From Octopus vulgaris (taxonomy: Eukaryota): a DNA stretch of 64,000 nt. A program made the translations under genes and the position numbers. The DNA is taken from contig OX597826.1 of assembly GCA_951406725.2 (NCBI GenBank), forward strand, positions 18,724,001-18,788,000, given 5' to 3'. Shown here piece by piece: positions 37,729 to 50,402 of the stretch. Position 1 is the stretch's first letter, and each line of letters begins with the position of its first letter. The notes under the pieces were generated by a model, which was given only the letters and a program-made list of their open reading frames with translations, had not been told where the DNA came from and ran no database searches.

Positions 37729-37975
37729 GACTCAACATGCAATTATAACAAGGTCAGCATATTTTAAAAATAGATGTGTGTTGAGTACTTCTGTGCTTTT
37801 GCATGAAAAAAAGAAATGTTTTTGTATGTGTACATGTGTGTGTGTGTATATATAGAGTGGATGCAAGCGCAAATATATGATTTATAAAAACATGTAACAT
37901 ATTAATAAAAATCTGTAAATATAAAACCATCCAGATTTCTGAGTACCTTATTTCTTCTTATATATATATATATAT

Positions 37976-38817
37976 AATACAAAAGTGGGACGGGACAAGA
38001 ATGCAAAACATCCACACTGTTAGGTGATACAAAAAAGGGACAACAAAACATTTATTTCAGTCGAGTTCCAGATTATCTTTGCAATTTCAGCTGGTTATAC
38101 TCAAGATTGCTCCAATCTGGCCAGCCCCAAGGAAAAACTAAGCTAAGAGCATTAGATTCCTCGGAAGAAAGCAGCGAATGTATACAAAAACAAAGACGGA
38201 AAAAAATGGAAAAACACAAATACAAATAACAGGACATTAACGTGTGTCTTTCGACTAAGGATGAATTAAATTAAGCTGGTTTGTGTGGAAGTAAAGCCTT
38301 ACAGTAAAGACATAAGATTTGACAGGCACAAGAAGGAAAATAGATGTTACACGGCTGGTAGTCGAACAGAGAAAGAAAGGTCAGGCTTGGTCGAACACCG
38401 GTCACGTGGGAAGAGAAGAGAGAGATAGAGGTAGAGGGATAGAAGAATTAAGGAGGGGTGAGAAAAAAATAAAAGGGACAGAATGAAGTGAAAGAGGAGG
38501 GAAGGTGAACATGAAGAGAAGGCCAGGAAATGTGAGAGAGGGGGAACGAAAGAACAAAGAGTGGAATGAATGAAGTAAGTGTGAAGGGGCCGATAGAAAG
38601 ACGGAAAGAATAGAAAGAATAATAGAGTCGTACAAAATTTAGGTATATATATACTTTCATATAAGAGACCAAAGTGTACATATGCCACTATACTTTTTTT
38701 ATATATAAAAAATACAAAAATGGGACAAGAACGCAAAACATCCAGACAGTTAGGTGATACAAAAAAGGGACAACAATACAACCAGACAGACGATACAAAG
38801 AAAATAAGGACGGGTCC
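37976..38817. repeat. Interspersed repeat with an internal ~70-bp direct duplication (37976-38050 and 38711-38780)
   Basis: gggacaagaaygcaaaacatccasacwgttaggtgatacaaaaaagggacaacaa occurs twice, each after a TA-rich run. Confidence 0.7.
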
Positions 38818-38834
38818 TCAAATATTTATATTTA

Positions 38835-38995
38835 TACAGCAGGTTTCTTTTAGTTTCCATTGACCAAATCCACTCACAAGGCTTTGGTTGGCCTGAGGCT
38901 GGAGTAGAAGACACTTGGCCAAGGTGCTACACAGTGGGACTGAACCCAGAACCATGTAGCTGAGAAGCAAGCTTCTTACCACACAGTCACACCTA
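38835..38995 (-). mobile_element. SINE family A, 5' module
   Basis: Reverse-complement homologue of 41-203. Confidence 0.88.
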
Positions 38996-39000
38996 TATAC

Positions 39001-39680
39001 TTGAAGCAGATCCAGCTGCTTTCTTTGAACATTTCCTTACCCAGGAAGAATGTGGGCTTCATCACTTTGAACCACAGCTTAAGAAAGTCTATGCAGTGGA
39101 AACACTCCTCCTCACCTATTCCAAAGAAGGCCAATTTTGTTTCATCAGCAGAGAAGGTGACAGCCTCAGCTTTTTGGGATGCAAACAGTGCTGTATTTAT
39201 TGACTATCTTCAAAAGGGCCACACAACCAATGGAAAGTACCATGTCAACTTGCTGAGGCAGTTACAAAAGGCTCTCAAGACCAAATCCTCAGGAAAACTG
39301 TTTTTCATTAGGACAATCCTCCAGCACACAAGTCCTTGCTTTCAATGGTTGCTGTGCATGACTGTGGCTTTGAAGTAGTGGATCAGCATCCCTATTCTTC
39401 TGATTTATCCCCATCTGACAATCATCTGTTCTCCATCATGAAAAAATACTTACCTGGTAACCAATATCACAGTGATGATGATGATGATGATGATGATGTG
39501 ATATCTGCTGTTGATGACATTTTTGGCCTACAGGATAAAAGCTTCTTCACCAAGGGGAACCAAGCACTGCAACACTGATGGAAGAAGTGTATGGACCACA
39601 AGGGGTACTGTATTGAAAAAGAAACCTTTTTTTGGTCATATTCAATGAGAATATTTTGGTCAGCTGGAAAACTTCTCAGA
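39001..39680 (+). mobile_element. Mariner 3' half
   Basis: SMQWKHSSSPIPKKA...SAEKVTASAFWD...IDYLQKG; HPYSSDLSPSDNHLF; colinear with 16456-17130. Confidence 0.9.
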
Positions 39681-39699
39681 CGTAAAACCAAAAAGCCTC

Positions 39700-40925
39700 A
39701 GTAAGTTAATCTTGCAGGAACCAAAAAGCAAAAAACCCCAAAACCAAAGTCATAGTAAGTAGAAAAGTAGACAAATCACAAATCCCTTCAAATCCCTGCT
39801 CAATGTAAAAAAGCATGGATAGAAACTCTATAAGATGTACCCGGTGTAAGCTATGGACACATAAGAGGTGCAACAATATCAGAGGGAAGTTAACAGAGAA
39901 ACTAGTTTTTGTGTGTGGAAGGTGCACAGGTACAATTAACACTAAAAACATACAGCAAATAGGCTCCGTCTAATGCCAGGAGGGAAAGCTAGAAGTAGTT
40001 GAAAGCATCTTTTATCTAGGTGACCAAGTCAGTAGTGGAGGTGGATGCTCTGAGAGTGTTGCTGCTAGAACAAGAATAAGCTGGACAAAATTCAGAGCTC
40101 CTACCTCTGTTGGTAACAAAGGGCCTCTTCTTCAGAGTGAAAGGCAAATTGTATGATGCCTGTGTGCAAACAGCTATGCTACATGGCAGTGAAACATGGG
40201 CTGTGACTATCAAGGACATGCATAGGCTTGAAAGAAATGAAGCCAGTATGCTTCGCTGGACGTACAATGTCAGTGTGCATGTTTGACAGAGTGTAAGCAT
40301 CTTGAGAGAAAAACTGGGTATAAAAGAAATCAGGTGCAATGTGCAAGAGAGACAACTGCATTGGTATGGTCATGTGATGCTGTGTGAAGAAGTGCCAATC
40401 TCTAATAGTGGAGGGAAGCTGTGGAAGAGAGAGATCCAGGAAGACATGGGACAAGGTGGTGAAGCCTGATCTTTGAATGTTGGGCTTCACAGAGGCAATG
40501 ACCAGTGACGAAAGCCTTTGGCGATATACCATGCTTGAGAAAACCTGTCAAGCCAAGTGCAATCATAGTTGTTGGTGTCACGTAACTGGCACTTGTGCCA
40601 GTGACACATAAAAAGCACCTTTTCAGCATTGGGCTTCATGGAGGCCATGACAAATGACCAAGACCTTTGGCAATGGGCTGTGCTTGAGAAGAAGACTCAT
40701 CAAGCTGAGTGGAATTGTAGTCGTGGCAGATACTGGTGTCATGCAACTGGCATCCATGCCAGTGGTATGCAAAAGCACCTATTACACTCTTGGAGTGGTT
40801 GGCATTAGGAGGGGCATCCAACTGTAGAAACCACGCTAAATCAGACTGAAGTCTGGCACTGCTCCTCAGCTTGCCAGCCCTGGTCAAACCATCCAACCCA
40901 TGCTAGTATGGACAATGGACATTAA

Positions 40926-40955
<30 letters not shown>
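39700..40955 (+). mobile_element. 5'-truncated RTE LINE (PHD-like finger, thumb/C-terminus, 3' UTR, (GAT)n tail)
   Basis: NSIRCTRCKLWTHKRC...FVCGRC; FYLGDQ; KGKLYDACVQTAMLHGSETWA; LHWYGHV; ~150-bp duplication in the UTR. Confidence 0.92.
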
Positions 40956-40957
<2 letters not shown>

Positions 40958-41630
40958 ATATATATATATATTAATATATACACACGCACACACACAGAAT
41001 TCCTGTGTAGTAAAATGTTTGCTTCTCAACTGTATAGTTATAACCCTAGGCCAACCAAAGTCTTATAAGTGGATTTAGTAGAGAGAAACTGAAAGAAGCC
41101 TCTCTGTGTGTGTGTGTGTGTGTAAGTGTGTGCCTTTGTCATGGTTAAACAAACATTACAATCATATTAACAGTTTTCTCCTAATAACTTTCTCAATTTA
41201 TTTCACATCTACTAAATCTGTTCGTTGATATTAGGTTTATAGTTTGTTATCATTCAATCTTCCATGGTTAATCTTTTTCTCTTTTTCTTGGGAAATTCTA
41301 TATAAACAGGTAGTGCTATGAACCAATGAATTTTCCATTTTTTTCATCTAGTTTTTGCTTTGTATTTTGTATTACAATGCACTGTAATGGTTTCTTATTG
41401 TAAATGCATGACTACCCTTCTACAAAATGTGGCAACCATGCACCACTATCATCACATGAGGCAAGAAGGTTTTGTAATGTTAATGGATAATGTTAGAAAC
41501 TTATTGTTCCATAAAGGTCAAGCAAGGAAAGGATTAAACTTCAACAACTTGTTATCTGTGTAATATGCTTGAAAGGAAGGTTGTTTCCTAGACATGTACA
41601 CAGGCATATACCTATACATGCACATCTACA

Positions 41631-41786
<156 letters not shown>

Positions 41787-42914
41787 ATATATACATATAT
41801 ACATATATACATATGAACACATGTGCTCACACATACATATACATATATACACAGACATGCATGCATATGTATAAATTATGTCTCAGTGACTGATTTTGAG
41901 ATGTTATTGTTTCACAGAAGAAGAATGACTGATTGTTTTCAATTTCTACACGAGTCAACAATGGTGTCCATAGCTGATGCATAATAAGTCAAGTGAACAA
42001 TACTTAATAAGACCAGTACCTCAACAAGTCTTACTAATTTTTTCTGAACCTCATTGACAAATCTCATTAATGATGGGATCTTTTAACAACCATTTAGCAA
42101 TGTTTCTCACATTATTATTCCTCACACATATTCACGTAGGTCTTTCTATTACAAGACTAATAAGCACTCAACTATACCAGTTTGGGGAACAAGCAATCTT
42201 GTGATGATGGAGTATCACGTTTAACTGGTCCTCCCCACCTCAAAGTGACTTCAATGCTTTAGCAACTGAATTCTCTTGACACTAAACATCAAAACTGAAA
42301 TGATCCACCTCTACTGGAGCTAACTAGTCAAATTAATGAGGAGCAATTAGTTATTAGCACACACAATACCATTGGCTTGCTTTTTTTTCTCCCTTTATTT
42401 TCTTTTACACTTCTTTTGTCAACGTTAGTATAAAAAAAAAACAGAATTGCAAAGTCTATGACAGTTGAAATATTGTACACTGATTACCAAGTAAAAAAGT
42501 CTTTTTTAAAATTCATAAAACTTTTTATCTACAATAATTTGGATAAACCTTCCTTAAATTTACAAAACTGCCCAATATGTTATCATGTAAAAAAGGCTAT
42601 TTTGAAATTTAATTTACAAACTTGCCATACCCATCTTTATATAGAAAGCTTTGCCTTGAAATTTACAAACCTCTTTAACCCATCATTATGAAGCAAGGAA
42701 AGTTTTTTTTTTTTATTGCTCACAATGAAAACAAAATTCTTAATACATCTTCTTATCTTGTATCTGTTTATAGTTGTGCCACAGCTAGTATGCTAATACA
42801 CAGTTGACACTGTTAATATTGTGTTAACTGACTTGGGACATTGCAGTAGTGAACAAACAGCAAGGAGTTGCAGGGAGTGTAGAGTATGATCTTGTCCTTT
42901 TAATAAAAATAATA

Positions 42915-43133
42915 ACAATACTTTCTGCTAAATTCTCAAGGCTTGAAATTTGAGGAGAGAGGACTAGTCGATTACATCAATCCCAGAGTATAACTGGTAC
43001 TTAATTTATTGGCCTCCAAAAGGAGGAAAGGCAAAGTCAACCGTGGTGGAATTTGAACTCAGAACGTAAAGATGGACAAAATGTCACAAAGCATATTTCC
43101 TGGGTGCTAATGATTCTGCCAACTAACTGCCTT
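42915..43133 (-). mobile_element. SINE family C in an (AAT)n context; further fragments at 43160-43247 and 43375-43470
   Basis: Reverse-complement homologue of 28830-29041. Confidence 0.82.
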
Positions 43134-43254
43134 AATAATAATAGTAGTAACAATAATAATCCTTTCTACTAAATGAAATTTATAGGGAGAGGACTCGTCA
43201 ATCACATCAACTCCAATGTGCTAACAATTCTGATAGCTCGCTGCCTTAATAATG

Positions 43255-43345
<91 letters not shown>

Positions 43346-43560
43346 TAATAATGATAATATTTCTTATTTATTTTTGGCACAAGGGAAGTTTTGAAGGGAA
43401 GAAGTCAATTATATCGACCCAGTACTTGACTGATACTAAATTTTATTGAGCCCAAAGGAATGAAAGTTAATAATACTAATAACAACGATGGTGATGACGA
43501 TGATGACGACAACGACAATAATGATGACAACAATGATGAAGGAGAAGAAGAAGAAGAAGA

Positions 43561-44030
43561 TTTTCTTTATTAACCACCAAGGGTTGCTAAAAATATTGAG
43601 GATGGTTTAGGACAATACTGTCAGGGATTAAATAGAAGTAAAAGAGGAAAACAACAGAAACAAAACAAAGACAAAATCAAATGAAGAATAATTTCCTGAA
43701 ACAAGAAAGATCCAACCACTTAAGCCCCACAAAACCATAATCCCCTGACCAATAAGGTAAATACCTACTCTCATGCTGACCTCCAATCTATAGATGAATG
43801 TTCAGAGCTAACTCAATCACTTGGGCCATGCTCACCCCTCTCCTCCAGCTTTCTGCAAATTTGCTGGGGGTCAGTGCTTCCCTCTCCACTCCCATTTTCC
43901 AATTTGCAGTGAAACCAGAAAAAATTGATGAAGTTTGGGCCAAAGAGGAAGGTGTCTGTCCCACCTCAAGTCCACTACACGACCTCTTCTGCCAGTGCCA
44001 ACTGGCAAATTTTTTACTGCTTTTGTGAAT
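43561..44030 (-). mobile_element. 3' end of a second Tx1-like family
   Basis: Minus strand DTFLFGPNFINFFWFH...KMGVEREALTPSKFAESWRRGVSMA parallels NTFLSGQSLINFFKYH...KVRVERQVLSSECFKKRWVNVARM; ends GTGGTTAATAAAGAAAA then (TCT)n. Confidence 0.72.
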
Positions 44031-44419
44031 TCTCATGACACCCTGTCATCATCCATTTCCATTATTATAAATTTATATTGAGAGCTTGAGTCATAACGAA
44101 TCTTTCATTAACCTATTACACAACCATGGACACCACCCCTATGGATGCATTGCAGTTAACTCTCTTGATAGGGCTTGGTGGTCCCACTGGTTGATCTTCT
44201 AGGATTCCTCTGCTCAGCATCAATGTAAGAAGCACTGTTGACTCTGCTGAGCCCTTCTGCTACCCCTTCGCAATCCACCATGCTGCAGTCCCATGACTTT
44301 GCCGTGTCCCTGGCAGGGTGACTGAACGGGTGCTATGCCTTGCCAAAGAGTAGCCTGTAACAAGCAGGGCACAGTTGTCAGTCCATGAAGTATTTTCAAA
44401 ATATCAGCAAATCCCCACC

Positions 44420-45220
44420 TAACCAATGATGTCTGACTTTTTCACTTTTAAAAATAAAAGGACACATTATCACATTGACTAAAGTAAACCTAGATATACT
44501 ATGCCTGAAAAAGAAAACAGGATGGTCACGTTTAGAATATTATTAGTTATAAATTTGCTCAACAAGAACAACATCATTATTACTATAGTCATCTCCCTCT
44601 CCACCTTCATTTCTGCTGTATTATGTCTCCACCAAAATAACCAGGAGTTAAAACAGGAGCCTCTTGGTAATTGCTCAATGTGCTAGAAATAGCAGCCAAA
44701 TGTTCCGAAACTCAAGCATTCTACTGTCTTAAGTAAATGCAAAAATTACAATTTATCATGTAGTCCTAGTTAAATAAGATGTGATGGTCATGGCTACAAT
44801 AGCTTCGATTATAGATCTGCTTTTATAACCAACCAATCAGCAATAAATACCCACCACTACTGCCACCACCAACACTACCACCATCATCATCGTCGTCATC
44901 ATCATTATCGTCATCGTCGTTGTCATCACTAACAATTGCTACTAACACATCATCACTGCCACCACAACAGCTACAATAACAATCTCCAAAATAACAACCA
45001 AAACAAACTTCTAGAAGCCAACAAGGAAGAGCTGCCATGCAGTCTGATCAGTTAGAAATAGTAGTCAAAACATCCTCAAATCCTACTATGTCATCTACAA
45101 AGATTAAATGGCACATTTTAATACAAAATATACATTATCTGAAAATAAAATGGGATGGTGGTCATGGTTAGAATGCATTAGCTCCTAGGTTTGTTGTTTA
45201 GCTGACCTGGGACTAAGCAA
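44420..45220. repeat. Three diverged ~150-170 bp modules separated by CAC/CAA/CAT-rich tracts; related pieces at 32470-32760
   Basis: tagaaatagcagccaaa...gtcctag...gatggtcatggc-type motifs at ~44480-44540, 44685-44820 and 45050-45215. Confidence 0.55.
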
Positions 45221-46039
45221 AAGCAACATTAACTCCCATCTCCCCATTATTAAAATAACCACCACTATTGCGACTAACACTGCTACCACTCAACAACTAT
45301 ATCCACAACTACCTCTCTGTCACTACTACCCCTATACCATAACAGTAAACTCTACCACCACCACCACTGCTACCACCACCACAGCAACAACAACCACTAT
45401 TACAACAAAGCAACCACCATTACCACAACAATGTATTGATGTTCAATACTTTTAATGAAATAATTTAAAAAAGAAAACAGAATTCAATAATTTTACATCA
45501 CCCCCTTCCATTTTGAATAATTTATGGACACAGACTAATGTCTGTGTGTCATCACTGACATCCTCCACCTCCTTCTTCTTTACCTCTTCCACCTCCTCCT
45601 CCTCCTCCTCGCCACCACCATCATCACACCCGCCATCACTGTCACCAAATATATAGGAGCCACTACTTGAAATAAGACACGACTGAAAGCAGCAGAGAAC
45701 ATTGTAAAATGGTCAAGTGATTTTTATCTGCTGTTCTGTGTTCAAATCTTGCTATGGATGTGGCCCATGAACAGAATACCAGTAAAACAGTAAGTACTAT
45801 TTCTATGTTTAGGAAATGAAACTTGGCAAACTTCTCATTTAACTGCACCAAATTCACTTCTCTCAGAAATCTCTGGTTAGAGCAGAGCCTGGATTTTAGC
45901 ATAAGCTAAAGAAGTTAAAGTTTAGGGTTGTACAATCCACATAAACCTGAAAAATTTAAGGAAATTTTTTAAAAAGTGTGAAAGAAGCCTAAAAACCTGC
46001 TACCATAGTTTATATGTATGTCTGGTAACAACAGCAACA

Positions 46040-46380
46040 TTGAGACCCCCTCCGGTCATGACTGACCGTAGGATTGCACCTAGAAAGTTACCCTCCCAGG
46101 CACAAGTCCAGGCTAGGTTGTTTATGGAAGACCAGCAGTCGCCCATGCATACCGCCCTCCCCTCTCCATGCCACCAGTGTTATCCAAAGGAAAGGCAAAG
46201 GGGGCCGATACAACTTGGCACCTGTGACGTCACAACTCATTTCTACAGCTGAGTGAACTGGAGCAACGTGAAATAAAGTGTCTTGCTCAAGAACACAACA
46301 CACAGCCCAGTCCAGGATTCGAACTGACAACCTCATGATCATAAGCTCGATGCTCTAACCATTGAGCCATGCACCTTCAC
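46040..46380 (-). mobile_element. tRNA-derived SINE (family-B head and CORE-like body, different tail Y)
   Basis: Minus strand TGGCTCAATGG A-box, GTTCGAATCC B-box, GTGTTCTTGAGCAAGACACTTTATTTCAC body. Confidence 0.88.
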
Positions 46381-47299
46381 AACAACAACAGCAACATACC
46401 CATGTTTATTTGCATATATTTATTTTTCAAATGAACATAAATAGTCTAAATTTAGTGGTTAGCTTTTGTTTAAAATTCGATTTAAAAGGACAGTAAAGGG
46501 TTTAAGATAAGTAACAGGAAATGATATTTTACACATGCATATTTTATGTTTTTTCGGCTTACAATGGAGTAGACATTTGAGACTGAACATCAGTAATGAA
46601 GAAAACAACAGCTTGAGGTACGACAAGCAAATGTAACACTAGAGACAGGTATTTTAATCCAGCAACAGATAAGGATCAGTAAACAGGAGGGGATCAATAT
46701 AGACGGCACCAAGTACAGCCCAGGGTTTCACTTGGGCCTGAAATCTCTGTTGTGGAAACTCTGGAAATGATGCAAATGTGAGCATTGCAGAGCAATAGTC
46801 AACTTGAAACAAATAGAATGTCTTAACTGGATCCTTAAGTATCCTCTTCACAATCTCAAAACTGGAATAATCATTCACAAACTCTAAGCAATCATTAAAA
46901 AATCTGGATATTTTTACTCCTCTCCATACTAGTACTTTCCTTCAAACACACCTCCACCTTGTTCATCACTCACTATATTCACCTCTTTCTCTATCTTTAA
47001 CCATCTGTTACTCCTCCTTCACCACCTTATGAAAGTGTCTGCTCTCTCATCCCTGCCCATCACCCACTGTCTGTATCCTCTCTCAACCACTTGTGCCTAG
47101 AGAGTTTGTTGTAGCAACCCATCACTGCCTTCCTTTTATCTCCTGTATTTGTCCCTGTATCATACACCTGGCCTTTCAGCACCTGGCATAAAGCCACTGG
47201 TCTCCATCAGTCCCTCTGAAATATTCCCCTCTTAGTAGTGGGAGCTTTCTCTCTTTTGTCCTCTTCTTTTTCTGTCTTTCAATCATAGTAGTGCAGAGG

Positions 47300-47490
47300 C
47301 ATGAAAAACAGTACCCAGTACACTTTGTAAAGTGGTTGGCTTTAGAGAGGGTAACCAGTCATAGAAACCCAACCTGAAAATCTGAGGCTTGATGAGGCCT
47401 TCCAACCCACCGGTTCCTGTCAAACTATCCATCCCAAGCCAGCATGGTAAATAGATATTAACCAATGATGATGAGGATGAGGATGATGTT
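47300..47490 (+). mobile_element. RTE-type 3' tail fragment with (GAT)n
   Basis: Homologous to 37495-37660 and 40770-40955. Confidence 0.7.
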
Positions 47491-47917
47491 CAAATGGCTT
47501 CCCATATGTAACCCTGTTTCAGGACTGCCGCCCTGCATACCTACATGTCATAAGAGCAAGTGAAAGAACTGGCAAATGGAAGTGCATTAAATGTCAGATA
47601 AAAAAATCCAACTGATGCCAAAATCGAAAAGCCACACTAAAATGCTGATGATATTGTTCAAAGGGTCTTTTTCATTCTGAAAAATTAATGGTATTAAATA
47701 TGATCGAGAATGATTAGTGTACTTTGCAACAACAGCAGTACTTCGTCTGTAAGCTTTTTGTAATTCAAAGTCATAAAAACTATGAAGAGCTTAGACCAGT
47801 TTTATTGCCATACTTGACAAGAAAGCGAAACTCAATTTCAGACTCAGACTAACAGAAGAAATAAAAACAGAATAGTATTGCATACATGTTTTGAGGGTGT
47901 TGTTGCATGGACACACA

Positions 47918-47979
<62 letters not shown>

Positions 47980-48023
47980 TATATATATACATACATACAT
48001 ACATACACACATACATACATACA

Positions 48024-48236
48024 TTATGGCTGCCCCCTCGTTATTGAGTATGGCTATTGCACGAAGCTTAACTGTTACTGGTGCTGTGATCGAATGTGAC
48101 TTTTTAGCCCAGCCAAAGATCTACAATGTCTTGTACAGAATTGGCAACTAAAACCTTTACCAGTAATAGCTGGCTGTAGTTGTAACTGGGCTTCATGTAC
48201 CTTTGCATGTCGTTTAAGTCCTCCTGCCGAATTACA
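48024..48236 (-). mobile_element. Extreme 3' end of an RTE/BovB-like LINE (C2H2 fingers + short UTR)
   Basis: CNSAGGLKRHAKVH...FSCQFCTRHCRSLAGLKSHIRSQH*, then ~50-nt UTR; (TATG)n on both sides. Confidence 0.75.
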
Positions 48237-48281
48237 CACACATACATACATACATACATACATACATACACACACACACAT

Positions 48282-48312
<31 letters not shown>

Positions 48313-48322
48313 CATACACACA

Positions 48323-48356
<34 letters not shown>

Positions 48357-48374
48357 CATACATACATACATACA

Positions 48375-48408
<34 letters not shown>

Positions 48409-48415
48409 CATACAC

Positions 48416-48448
<33 letters not shown>

Positions 48449-48570
48449 CATACACACATACATACATACATACATACATACATACATACATACATACATA
48501 CATACATACATACATACATACATACATACATACATACATACATACATACATACATACATACATACATACA
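48237..48570. repeat. (CATA)n microsatellite, ~330 bp
   Basis: Directly visible. Confidence 0.97.
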
Positions 48571-48914
48571 TGTACGTACCAGTTGAGCACTGGGATTGAC
48601 GCAACAGACTTACCCCAACCCCCAAAATTGTTACTCTTGTGCCAAAATTTGAAAGCATTAATTTGAGATCCTTAATAAAGGAAACCCAGATCATCCTTCC
48701 ATATTGTTTCGGGAAGAAAGCAGATCAAATTAATTCTATCAAGCAGGTGCCATTATTTTGTGGTCCTAAAGTTTTATTGTCTCCCCTAAAAGCTAGGCCA
48801 CATTCTGGTAATATATATATGTGTATTTATAAACATACATACAAATTGCAGATGTGCATACAAATATGCAAACATACATACATACATACATACATACACA
48901 CAAACACATGTACA

Positions 48915-49175
48915 TGTCATTATTCAATATTATTTCAAGATTTCTTGCCAATAGAGAAAGAACCAGTTTCTAACCTAGATCTAAGGCTCTTTCATTGGAA
49001 TTTCAGCATCAACAGGGTATTTTTGTATGTATATGTGCAGATTTGTATGCTTTATTTTATGTATATATCCTCATGCATATAGTTGCATATCTAAACATGC
49101 TCATATATACTTAAATGATAAACTTCTAAACAGCTTTACAAATTTTTAGTTCCAGTGATGTTTTGGATCTGTAGT
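48915..49175 (-). mobile_element. 3' end of an RLE-type LINE, same family as 56657-56995
   Basis: Reverse-complement homologue of 56750-56998. Confidence 0.8.
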
Positions 49176-49184
49176 TTTTTTAAT

Positions 49185-49520
49185 CTTGGGCAAGTGTCTT
49201 CACTGTAGCTTTGGGCCAACCAAAGCCCTGTAAATGAATTTAGTAGGTAGAAACTGAATGAAATCCATTGTATATATGTATATATATACATCTATGTGTG
49301 TCTTTGTGTCTGTGTTTGTCCCCCTCCACCAGCACTTGACAACCAGATATGATGTGTTTATGTTCCTATAACTTAGCAGTTTGACAAAAGGGACCGAAAG
49401 AATAAGTACCAGACTTTTAAAAAAAGTATCGAGGTCAATACCTTGGACTAAAAAAATTCTTCAAGGTGCTACCCCAGCATGGCCACAGTCTAATGACTGA
49501 AACAAGTTAAAGATAAAATA
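49185..49520 (+). mobile_element. SINE family A (tRNA head lost)
   Basis: cttgggcaagtgtctt through ccagcatggccacagtctaatgactgaaac. Confidence 0.85.
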
Positions 49521-50182
49521 TAGAAGATACACAAGGAGGGTTTGTATGTTCTCTGCAGTGGACATCACTGCACTCACTAAATCCTGCCAATGAAATCACT
49601 TTGCAATAAATTACAGATTAGATGCAGTTTAATGGAAGACCTTGTTGTTGAATGCAGATTTCAGGGTATCAAAGACTCCAGGGTACACAAAATGGGAAGT
49701 AAATGCCAAAGCTGTGTTTGCCATGATATGAATTAGACATCGATCATAGACACACTGACTCATCTCCTTATTGATGGAAATGGAAATAAGAATACAAGCT
49801 GACACTCTTTAAAAAGATAAAAATGGAGGAATTGGAAGTTTTTGCAGGCTCTGATTATAAACTGATGAGCTAGAAGACTTCCAACTGGTTATACTTATGT
49901 GTATATGTCTGGTTATACATCACCCATTCTCTTTGTAAGATATTTTTGTGAAAATATTGAGCATAAAGCTTAATCCAAACTGGCTGATAGGAAATACAAA
50001 TATGCAGAACAAGAGAAAAACAAACAAGTTAACTGATGTGTATGAGATTGATGGAGAACTTTCTTCTAGAGAAACACTTGAAGCAAAATCCTTCCTTCTT
50101 AAAATAGATGCCATGGAAGTAAACTTGAGCAAAAGTGCAACACTAAAAATGGCAGAAGAAAATAATCCCTAATGTATTTTAA

Positions 50183-50402
50183 CCCTTTAGCACTGTAACT
50201 GGCTATGTCTGGCCCAAATACTCTACCTGTTTAATGTCCAAACCAGCCAGATCAGGCCTTTCACACCTACTCTAAAATGTCATTCTGAAAATAAACAATC
50301 ACATCATCAGAATCTCCAAGCTGCCAGATGATGCAGGATTGATTCAAAGCAATGTGAATAAATAAGCATTAGATTTGACAGAGTAACCTGAATGCTAAAA
50401 GG
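50183..50402. mobile_element. piggyBac-type MITE, 220 bp
   Basis: TTAA (50179-82) CCCTTTAGCA ... TGCTAAAAGG TTAA (50403-06): TTAA target duplication and a 10-bp TIR with one mismatch. Confidence 0.85.

Noticed and set aside
48075-48236. Host C2H2 zinc-finger gene exon
   Set aside because: No TGEKP linker or splice acceptor; the CxxC..C.S..GL.SH.R pattern, short UTR and microsatellite tail fit an RTE C-terminus better
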